Notes: generated by a model from the letters alone, not told the origin. Positions 20,265-27,324 are shown, numbered from the stretch's first letter. The stretch: 64,000 bases of DNA from an uncultured Bacteroidota bacterium (GCA_902587325.1 CACIKV010000007.1:3531-67530), one strand, 5' to 3'. Program-made: numbers and translations.

Positions 20265-20708
20265 ATGAAATCATTGTATATAATTAATGCGAAAGGTAAT
20301 TCTCTTGTAAAGGCAGTTGAGCGTGGCTCAATAGAAATTTTTGATCAGGGTGTAAAATACAAATGGTATCAATTTGGATTTTCTGATGAAGTATTTATTC
20401 CAATGGATGAAATAACTGCGTTTGATATTAAAAAATTTGGATTTGGACTTCAAACAAATCTCAAACTTGATACATCTACAAAAACTCGTGTGCTTGCAAA
20501 TGTTAAATCTGAAGAAGCAAAAATAGCTATTGAAATTTTTACAAAGGCACGCTCTGATTTCAGAAATTCCCAACAAAACAATGTTGGTAATCAAAAGGAA
20601 AATTCTAACGATTTAACAGACCAATTGTTAAAACTTAGCGAGTTAAAAGATAAAGGGATATTGACTCAGGAAGAATTTGACAATCAAAAGAAAAAGTTGC
20701 TGTCTTAA
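20265..20708 (+). CDS. SHOCT-domain protein with PH-like N-terminal domain
   Basis: The C-terminus LLKLSELKDKGILTQEEFDNQKKKLL matches the SHOCT motif. No signal peptide. Confidence 0.6.
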   Translation: MKSLYIINAKGNSLVKAVERGSIEIFDQGVKYKWYQFGFSDEVFIPMDEITAFDIKKFGFGLQTNLKLDTSTKTRVLANVKSEEAKIAIEIFTKARSDFRNSQQNNVGNQKENSNDLTDQLLKLSELKDKGILTQEEFDNQKKKLLS

Positions 20709-20791
20709 TAAAAAAATTAAATCTGTTCCTGATTAATAATAGATGAATTAATTAATTCTTCAAAGATTTAGATGGGTTTAATAGAAAAGAA

Positions 20792-21346
20792 TTAGCTCTT
20801 GCAAGATTTTCCCCAGTTATCAATTTCCTCTCTTCCACATCCAAACTTAGACAAAGAAGTAGAATATCCTTTATTGTAATAAACTGCTTGAATAACATTA
20901 TCACATTTTGTGCAATATTTTCTTATGTCATACTTTAATTTAGACTTTTCCATTTCTTCCATAGCAATAGCTTTAATCATATAGACCAAAGACATACTTT
21001 CATCCCAATTTTTCTTTAATTCATTAAATTTTTCAATATCATTATTTTTTGTTTGATAAATTTTTTCAAGTATTTGCATAAAAACATTAACTACATCAAT
21101 AGACTCTTTCAATACATTTGTAAAATCATCTTTACCGAATGTAACCATCATTCTTTCCCAATATAAGTTTGTTGTTATACTTTTTTCTGTTGTTGGGCTT
21201 ATTTCAATTGCTTTTGTATAATAATAATGAGCACCTATTAAATCTTTTGAATCTCTAGCCTTAACAGCATTATCTACGTAATCCTCCCAGGTTTGAGAGA
21301 ATCCTAGATTAACAAAAAATATACCTATAAAAAACAAATACTTCAT
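20792..21346 (-). CDS. secreted TPR-like protein, Cys-rich C-terminus
   Basis: Signal peptide. TPR-like helix AHYYYTKAIEISP. The start overlaps the upstream stop by 1 nt (TAATG). Confidence 0.55.
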   Translation of the reverse strand: MKYLFFIGIFFVNLGFSQTWEDYVDNAVKARDSKDLIGAHYYYTKAIEISPTTEKSITTNLYWERMMVTFGKDDFTNVLKESIDVVNVFMQILEKIYQTKNNDIEKFNELKKNWDESMSLVYMIKAIAMEEMEKSKLKYDIRKYCTKCDNVIQAVYYNKGYSTSLSKFGCGREEIDNWGKSCKS

Positions 21347-22797
21347 TAATCACAATATAATGAAATTTGATTATACTTGGACCAACCTAATCTTACAGAT
21401 GCCCTAATATCTTCACAGGCACTGGAATTTTGTCTTAAACTTCTTTTAACACTCGCCCTGTATGCATAAGCTCTACCATAATTTGGGTTTAAAATAATTG
21501 CCATATTTAAATCTTTCATTGAAAGTGATCTATATCCAGATCCGTAACTTAAATTATAACAAACTGCCCTGTTAAAGTACCATTCTGAATTATTTGGATC
21601 AATCTCAATTAGTTTAGTAAAATCTTTAATTGCGTCTGTTAAATCCCAATCACTCATATCAGCTTCAAAAGGAGTTCCATTATCTCTGTACGCAAGACCT
21701 CTATATTCATAAGCTTTTAAATTTTCAGGATCTAATTCAATTGCAATACTTAAATCTGTTATTGACTCGTAGTAGTTTTTATTTCTGTATTTATAATATC
21801 CTCTTGTAAAATATGCTGTTGAGTTATAGGGGTCAGATTGAATTGCTTTATTTAAATCCAGCATAACATCGGGTGTTCCATATATAACCCTTCCTCTAAG
21901 ATCTGTATAAGTTTTAGTTATTTGGTTCTCATAATCTCTAACTAAAGCTCTCAATACGAAGTATTCTGATCTTGGATTAATTTTAATCGATTTACTATAA
22001 TCTTCAATAGCTCCTCTAAAATCTTTAAACTCTTCTTTTATACCAGCTCTTTTAGCATAATAGAATTCATTGTTAGGGTTAAAATCTATTGCTCTATTAT
22101 ATAAGATTAAAGCTGCAGCCATATTTCCACTTCTTTCTTTTTCAATTCCATTGTAATAGTATTCATCAGCAACTTTAATTTCATAATCACCAGTAATCAC
22201 AATATTCTCATTCCCTAAAGCTTTAGAGTAGCCTGTTTTAATAGCGGCTAACCTCTTGTTTTTACTTGGATGAGTTGAATAAGTGTCATCATCATTTGTT
22301 GTGATTAAGTCAATTGCTGCAATTGTTTGATTTAATGATGCTCCTAATTTGGCTAAAACAAAACCTGCAAAATTATCTGCTTCTAACTCTTCCTGTCTTT
22401 GTTTAGCTAATGAGTTATCATCTAATATTGGAGCTAGAAGATAATCTCTTGTATGGCCATTTATATGGTGTCCTACTTCGTGGGCTAATATAAAAGTGCT
22501 TGACCAATCATTAGTGAGTTCAGATATTTTTTTCATAAACTCTCCATCATATAATATATATCTCTCCCCTTTATATGTTACAGCAAGTGCATTGAATATA
22601 TTGTCACAAGGTGTTAGTGTAAAATTTCTAGAGGCTCCAATTACAGATAAAATTTTGTCTAAAGCTTCATTTGCTTCTTTGTCAGATGTGAAAGCACTTA
22701 CTGCTCTTTTGTATTCAAAACATAATTCAATACCCTCCTTTATCTGCCCAAAAGAAATAAGTGGAGCAAATAGCAATAATAGAATTAGTTTTTTCAT
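21346..22797 (-). CDS. periplasmic M48-like (BepA-like) zinc metalloprotease fused to TPR repeats
   Basis: Signal peptide MKKLILLLLFAPLISFGQ. Motifs ILAHEVGHHINGH, EELEADNFAG and STHPSKNKR, then about 6 TPR units (AALILYNRAIDFNPNN...). An M78/ImmA-like zincin cannot be excluded without an HMM. Confidence 0.65.
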   Translation of the reverse strand: MKKLILLLLFAPLISFGQIKEGIELCFEYKRAVSAFTSDKEANEALDKILSVIGASRNFTLTPCDNIFNALAVTYKGERYILYDGEFMKKISELTNDWSSTFILAHEVGHHINGHTRDYLLAPILDDNSLAKQRQEELEADNFAGFVLAKLGASLNQTIAAIDLITTNDDDTYSTHPSKNKRLAAIKTGYSKALGNENIVITGDYEIKVADEYYYNGIEKERSGNMAAALILYNRAIDFNPNNEFYYAKRAGIKEEFKDFRGAIEDYSKSIKINPRSEYFVLRALVRDYENQITKTYTDLRGRVIYGTPDVMLDLNKAIQSDPYNSTAYFTRGYYKYRNKNYYESITDLSIAIELDPENLKAYEYRGLAYRDNGTPFEADMSDWDLTDAIKDFTKLIEIDPNNSEWYFNRAVCYNLSYGSGYRSLSMKDLNMAIILNPNYGRAYAYRASVKRSLRQNSSACEDIRASVRLGWSKYNQISLYCD

Positions 22798-22958
22798 TTA
22801 CATAAATATAATTGAAAAAAGATTGATTAATCAATTTAATAACTCATACGTTTCGTTGAAAACTAAACTTGAATCTAAAAAATAAAGCTTGTAACTTGAC
22901 CAATGTAAGAAGATTCTTTCTTAATAATCGTTGTTATCAATCTCTGTATTTTATTAAT

Positions 22959-22978
22959 AAAAAGCGCCCCACAGGCGC
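22959..22978 (-). terminator. rho-independent terminator (minus strand)
   Basis: GC stem GCGCC/GGCGC (22964-22968 / 22974-22978) with a 5-nt loop. The A run 22959-22963 is a T run on the minus strand. Confidence 0.5.
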
Positions 22979-23147
22979 ATATATGTATATAACACTAGAA
23001 TAAAATATTTTTAAGCTTGTATACAGGATAGCTATGCTTAAGATTTAGTGATATATGTGCCCTTCGGGCAGATGTTTATGAAATGAATTTATAGTTGTAT
23101 TTTAAGCTAGAGTTATTAATTAAAATTTCTTTTTATCTAAATACTAA

Positions 23148-23300
23148 TTATAAATAATGAAAACAACTAGTGAGTTGCTTTGGTATTCCGTCTTGATGGA
23201 AGTTTCCGTTTTTGATCCAATTATATGCTATTCTTTTTGAATTAATAAAATCAACTGCTTGTTTGTTATTAAGTATATAATACCCTTTGGGGTGTTTTCC
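23148..23300 (-). pseudogene. possible excisionase/AlpA-like HTH (HTH_17) gene relic without a start codon
   Basis: The open frame reads ...KGKHPKGYYILNNKQAVDFINSKRIAYNWIKNGNFHQDGIPKQLTSCFHYL*. The S-x4-Y-x-W-I-K-x-G spacing fits MerR-type Xis HTH as I recall it. No ATG, GTG or TTG occurs in frame after the upstream stop. Confidence 0.3.
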
Positions 23301-23327
23301 TTTTGTTGTTGTATTTAGTTTGTAATT
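23301..23327 (+). repeat. 27-nt exact direct repeat, copy 1 (TTTTGTTGTTGTATTTAGTTTGTAATT)
   Basis: Identical to 23954-23980. The two copies bracket ORF 23326-23940. Confidence 0.9.
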
Positions 23328-23940
23328 ATTCTTGAGGAGACCCCCATCCTGACCACCATCTATCTATATTAAATTCACTTTTTTTCATAAAATAGGAACA
23401 ATATTTTGCATCATAGTATCGCTCATATTTTTCATCATTATTTTCACAAATATCAATTTGTTTTTTTTCTGCATCTGTCAAAAAATTAGCTTCGTTAATA
23501 TCATCAATTTCATATTCGTAGTGTCCTTTTGTTATAATGGACAAAATTTCTTCTCCATCACCTTCAACAATACTTTCTATAAAATCTATGCTGTGATGAG
23601 GATGTTGCCAAATCCCACCTTTACCATCTTTTTCAAAATTCTGATAAGAAAACCTAGTGCATTTCATCATTAGGTATTTTTCTCCAAAACAATTTTCTAA
23701 AAATTCCGTAATCCCCATATAATCATCTAGATTTGAATTTAGACCAAACTCTTCACCATTGAAGAATAAATCATCACCGCCAAAGGTATCATAACCTTCA
23801 TTTAATTCCTCCAGTGTTGTCTCTAAATCCTCGTCGAACTCAATTCCATCTTTTGGCATTGAGTTATATAATTTTTCAATTGTAATATTTGAATCTATAC
23901 CACAAATTGATGTAACAATTGAGTCTTTTGTAAATTTCAT
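23326..23940 (-). CDS. hypothetical highly acidic cytoplasmic protein
   Basis: 204 aa, no signal peptide. By my count 46 Asp/Glu versus about 18 Lys/Arg. No family recognised. Confidence 0.6.
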   Translation of the reverse strand: MKFTKDSIVTSICGIDSNITIEKLYNSMPKDGIEFDEDLETTLEELNEGYDTFGGDDLFFNGEEFGLNSNLDDYMGITEFLENCFGEKYLMMKCTRFSYQNFEKDGKGGIWQHPHHSIDFIESIVEGDGEEILSIITKGHYEYEIDDINEANFLTDAEKKQIDICENNDEKYERYYDAKYCSYFMKKSEFNIDRWWSGWGSPQE

Positions 23941-23953
23941 AACTATATTATCT

Positions 23954-23980
23954 TTTTGTTGTTGTATTTAGTTTGTAATT
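23954..23980 (+). repeat. 27-nt exact direct repeat, copy 2
   Basis: See 23301-23327. Confidence 0.9.
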
Positions 23981-23986
23981 TACAAT

Positions 23987-24045
23987 TTAATGAATTTTAA
24001 GAATACGCATATCTTCCTCTGTTAATTCTGTTAGATAATTTCTTT
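23987..24045 (-). pseudogene. relic of a second integrase gene 3' end (..NYLTELTEEDMRILKIH*)
   Basis: Minus-strand translation parallels the intact integrase C-terminus ..TYLRGLELTELTDEDMPILL*. The nucleotide core 24007-24033 matches 26120-26146 at 26 of 27 positions. Confidence 0.55.
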
Positions 24046-24055
24046 AACTTTAAGT

Positions 24056-26119
24056 ATGCTTAAGCGTATAGTTGTTTTATTGTTTTTTTCATTAAACATC
24101 CATTATTCTCAAAATCCTTCAGATATTTTTGATAATGCATATTCAGAGGTTCTTGATAATGGTGGTTACAACCGGGGACTTATAACATCTTATGAACCTT
24201 ATGAACCTTACAGTCGTAATTTATATGAGGTTTCATTTGAAAAACTAAGTGAAAAAAATAATTACCCTTTTTTTCAAAAAAGGATATATGAAAAAATATT
24301 TGATCTAAAAATTAAGCCATTCATTGAATACATTCCTTCCAAAGATTCTGAGTACTTTACAAAAAGTTTAGTTTTCGAAGATTTAAATAAACCTAGAATT
24401 CTTGGCGGTAAACTTTTTAACCTTGATCCTTTCAGAAAAATTATTATTGGTGAAAATACTTACGAACGTCTTTATGAATATTTATTTTTTATTGAGGGTA
24501 AAGATCGGATTTCTGATAATTTTCTAAATGAAATTCCTTTTTGTTTGGATGATCCCGAATGTAATCGTAATCCAACAACTAGAGAGGATATAATATCAAG
24601 ATATAGAGGGAAAATATTTAGATTTTGCAAAAAAAACAATTGTACAATTTATTTACAATCAGAAATACTTGATGCTCTAAATCAAGAATATATATATGGT
24701 GATACCTATTTTATTGATTTGAATAAAGTTAACTCGAAACTTAATTCAACTAATTCCTATGAAAGTAATGAAATTAAATTTAGATCTACAGACCCTTTTA
24801 GTGAAGGAAATTTTGAAGATTATAAATTACTTTTTTATGACGACAACTGGATTAGAAATGTTATTGATAAATTGTATGGAGAAAAAATAAAATTTTCCTT
24901 AAATAATGATTTTGAGTTATTCTTTAATTTAGTGAATGATGCAACTTATAATGATTTTGATTGGACTGTGGATGTGGCTTTAGGTTTTAAAGAACCAGGT
25001 GTTTCAAAAAGTTGGAATAGTTTAATATCGAAGCGTGGAAATCTAAATCCATATCCCGAAATAGACTCAAGAAAAAATCATATTAGCTTTAAAATAAAAC
25101 AAGTTAAAGGTCAATATGCAGGAGTAGAAAAAACCTTATTGTATGTTAAAAAATATAAAAGAGGAATAAAAGTTATAGATCAAGCCTTCAATATTAAAAA
25201 CTATTTAAAAGTAAACCCATATGGACAACCCGAACCTTATGATAATCTCATCAAGGTTACAAGAATAAATGATGTTATTTACTTTTCAATAGAAGATGAT
25301 GTATTGTATAAAACAGAAATAGAGGAATTTGAAAATGATAAAATTTTAATAACTCACAAAAGCATATATGAGGGAGAAAAAGATTATTTAAAGAAACAAA
25401 ATATTTCAAAACTACTTACCGTTAATTTTTCAAATCAATTAATAAAACCAGAAATTATAATAAATGAAGATATAGAAAAACCATCTTGGAATGGTTCTGG
25501 AAGTGGATTTTTCATATCTAAATTTGGACATATTACCACAAACTACCACGTTATTAAGGATGCAAAAACTATTGAGATAAGCTATAATAATGGTAATAAT
25601 ATAATTAAATACCCTGCTGAAATAATTCAATCGGATCCTGCTAACGATCTAGCAATCTTAAAAGTCAAAGATTTAAACTTCAAAGAATTCGATGAGTTAC
25701 CTTACAATATAAAAACAAGAAGTTCAGATGTTGGTTCTGATGTTTTTGCCTTAGGATATCCGATGGCTCTGAGTGGAATGGGCGAAGAGATAAAATTTAC
25801 AGATGGAAAGATTAGTTCAAAAACTGGATTTAATGGCGACATCAGGACTTATCAAACCACTGCGCCAATTCAATCAGGAAATAGCGGTGGACCCTTATTT
25901 GATTACAATGGCAATTTGATTGGTATTAATTCATCAAAAATTTCATCTCAAGTTGCTGATAATGTTTCTTATTCAATTAAATCTTCTTATTTGAATAACC
26001 TAATGGATGTACTGCCTGAAAATATTTCTTTGCCTAGCGATAAAACTCTGAGCGGAAAGCCATTAACAGAAATAATAAAAATATTATCTAAATACGTTGT
26101 TCTAATTAAAGTAAAATAG
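24056..26119 (+). CDS. secreted trypsin-like (S1C, DegP-type catalytic domain) serine protease with ~470-aa unknown N-terminal region, no PDZ
   Basis: Signal peptide. C-terminal GSGFFISKFGHITTNYHVI (His), NDLAILKV (Asp) and GNSGGPLFD (Ser). Confidence 0.75.
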   Translation: MLKRIVVLLFFSLNIHYSQNPSDIFDNAYSEVLDNGGYNRGLITSYEPYEPYSRNLYEVSFEKLSEKNNYPFFQKRIYEKIFDLKIKPFIEYIPSKDSEYFTKSLVFEDLNKPRILGGKLFNLDPFRKIIIGENTYERLYEYLFFIEGKDRISDNFLNEIPFCLDDPECNRNPTTREDIISRYRGKIFRFCKKNNCTIYLQSEILDALNQEYIYGDTYFIDLNKVNSKLNSTNSYESNEIKFRSTDPFSEGNFEDYKLLFYDDNWIRNVIDKLYGEKIKFSLNNDFELFFNLVNDATYNDFDWTVDVALGFKEPGVSKSWNSLISKRGNLNPYPEIDSRKNHISFKIKQVKGQYAGVEKTLLYVKKYKRGIKVIDQAFNIKNYLKVNPYGQPEPYDNLIKVTRINDVIYFSIEDDVLYKTEIEEFENDKILITHKSIYEGEKDYLKKQNISKLLTVNFSNQLIKPEIIINEDIEKPSWNGSGSGFFISKFGHITTNYHVIKDAKTIEISYNNGNNIIKYPAEIIQSDPANDLAILKVKDLNFKEFDELPYNIKTRSSDVGSDVFALGYPMALSGMGEEIKFTDGKISSKTGFNGDIRTYQTTAPIQSGNSGGPLFDYNGNLIGINSSKISSQVADNVSYSIKSSYLNNLMDVLPENISLPSDKTLSGKPLTEIIKILSKYVVLIKVK

Positions 26120-27146
26120 GCATATCTTCGTCTGTTAATTCTGTTAATTCTAATCCACGTAAGTAGGTTAAACTTACTTGCAAACTAGAGTGTCCCATAG
26201 CTCTTTGAAGCTTGGTTAATGATCCAGTTCTTTTAAAGATTTCTATCGCTCCTGAGTGTCTAAATGAATAGATTGTTACATCTTTATCTATCTCTGAATT
26301 AAGCTTCTTAAAACGCTTCCAAAGTGTACTAAAATAACCTCTATTATATGGCCTTTCTTTACCTGTAAAGATGTTTATATTATTATGTGATTTCTCAAGG
26401 CCTAAATAGGGCACAGGTACGATTCTATTACGCTTAGACTTCACTTTATTTCCAGACAAACTAATGCGCGATAAATCTTCATTAAAATCACCCCACTTAA
26501 GCAATCTTATTTCTTGATGAGGCCTCAATAAACAACAATAAGTAAGAACACAGCATAGATACAAGTTCTCATTAAACATCTTTATTCTTTCAAGCAGATC
26601 TTTAACGTTATCTACAGGCTTGTGTAACTTTTCTATTTGCTTCTTACTTTTGAGTTTAGACCTTTCTATATCAAATCCATTTTCTTTGAGATGATTAACA
26701 AGTACGTTTACGTGTCTGCGTGTTGTATTATAGCTTGTCGCATTATCATACTGTAGAGACAAAGAATCTATAAAATCTACACTTATATTTTTTTTACTAA
26801 TAAGCTCTTTACGAAACCTAACTACAATTTTTTCTAGAGCTCTTTTATACAATAACGATATAGGTTCGTTAAGCTTTTTGTCTATAAGTAAATCAAATTG
26901 TTCAAGCTTGTTATATACTCGCATAAACGAATAATTATTGTTAGAGAGAAAGTCGTAAACTTCTTTTGCAAGCTTTAATGCTTCTGTACGTCTATGCTTA
27001 ATTGGAAAGGTATTAGGAGCAGTAGAAGAATTTATTCTTCGTCCACTAAACATCCTTACACGCTTGTTGTTTAACTTAAAGTCTATCCAGTATTTACCGT
27101 ATTTGTCTTTACATACTTTAGGGTATGATATGCTATTTTTTGTCAC
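26106..27146 (-). CDS. tyrosine-type site-specific recombinase/integrase
   Basis: GTG start. N-terminal arm-binding-like KYGKYWIDFKLNNKRVR. C-terminal YSFRHSGAIE...GHSSLQVSLTYLRG (R-H-R-Y type catalytic region). Adjacent to the right direct repeat. Confidence 0.85.
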   Translation of the reverse strand: MTKNSISYPKVCKDKYGKYWIDFKLNNKRVRMFSGRRINSSTAPNTFPIKHRRTEALKLAKEVYDFLSNNNYSFMRVYNKLEQFDLLIDKKLNEPISLLYKRALEKIVVRFRKELISKKNISVDFIDSLSLQYDNATSYNTTRRHVNVLVNHLKENGFDIERSKLKSKKQIEKLHKPVDNVKDLLERIKMFNENLYLCCVLTYCCLLRPHQEIRLLKWGDFNEDLSRISLSGNKVKSKRNRIVPVPYLGLEKSHNNINIFTGKERPYNRGYFSTLWKRFKKLNSEIDKDVTIYSFRHSGAIEIFKRTGSLTKLQRAMGHSSLQVSLTYLRGLELTELTDEDMPILL

Positions 27147-27160
27147 TTATTTGTCAGTTT
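27140..27160 (+). repeat. TTGTCACTTA-TTTGTCAGTTT tandem half-sites overlapping the integrase start
   Basis: 20 of 21 positions match 17437-17457. Confidence 0.4.
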
Positions 27161-27218
27161 AGTTAATACATATTTCTCAATGTTTAACTTAATATATTGA
27201 CTATTAGTATGTAACAAT

Positions 27219-27286
27219 TACTTCTTAGCGAGGTAAGCATCTGACTGTTAATCAGAGGGTCCTTGGTTCGAGCCCAAGAGGGGGAG
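27219..27286 (+). pseudogene. decayed tRNA-Asn copy (D-arm deletion); its 3' 51 nt form the right att-like repeat
   Basis: The 5' part TACTTCTTAGCGAGGTA aligns with TCCTCCTTAGCTCAGTTGGTTAG with 2 acceptor mismatches and 6 nt missing from the D arm. From 27236 onward it is identical to the intact gene. Confidence 0.6.
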
Positions 27287-27324
27287 CAAGCTAACTGCTA
27301 CATCACATATTCTTAAAGCCCACT
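27236..27324 (+). repeat. right direct repeat (attR-like)
   Basis: See 17287-17375. Confidence 0.9.

Larger units (their letters stand above)
17287..27324. mobile_element. integrase-bearing genomic island of about 10 kb at tRNA-Asn, including both direct repeats
   Basis: An 89-nt direct repeat with 1 mismatch sits at both ends. A tyrosine recombinase gene lies at the right end. The interior holds accessory cargo and gene relics. Confidence 0.65.

Noticed and set aside
20328-20594. Antisense or alternative-frame ORFs in the island and later genes. These are 20328-20594, 23458-23673, 25439-25630, 40623-40817, 40704-40994, 41177-41359, 41876-42127, 43118-43315, 47497-47697, 47905-48168, 50802-50993, 55747-55935, 57543-57731 and 61009-61224.
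   Set aside because: They are shadow ORFs of longer motif-bearing genes. 50802-50993 merely reads the tandem repeat in another frame.
22496-22885. 129-aa plus-strand ORF running out of the M48-TPR gene into the intergenic region
   Set aside because: It is mostly antisense to a strongly supported gene, with no signal or motif. Its 3' part covers the palindrome-bearing promoter region.
23058-23070. Hairpin TGCCC-TTC-GGGCA as a terminator
   Set aside because: No T run follows on either strand and the loop is only 3 nt. I keep it only as a noted structure in the non-coding region.
17617-26119. Classical cytoplasmic anti-phage defence system on the island
   Set aside because: Nearly every cargo protein carries a signal peptide or lipobox. 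No NTPase, nuclease, methyltransferase, TIR, SIR2 or cyclase motifs are visible. An envelope or secreted role is more consistent.
27236-27286. A second functional tRNA-Asn
   Set aside because: Only the 3' 51 nt are intact. The upstream part lacks a foldable D arm and has acceptor mismatches.
17287-27324. Prophage or conjugative element (ICE)
   Set aside because: There are no terminase, portal, capsid or tail genes, and no replication, relaxase or type IV secretion genes. Only an integrase plus relics is present.
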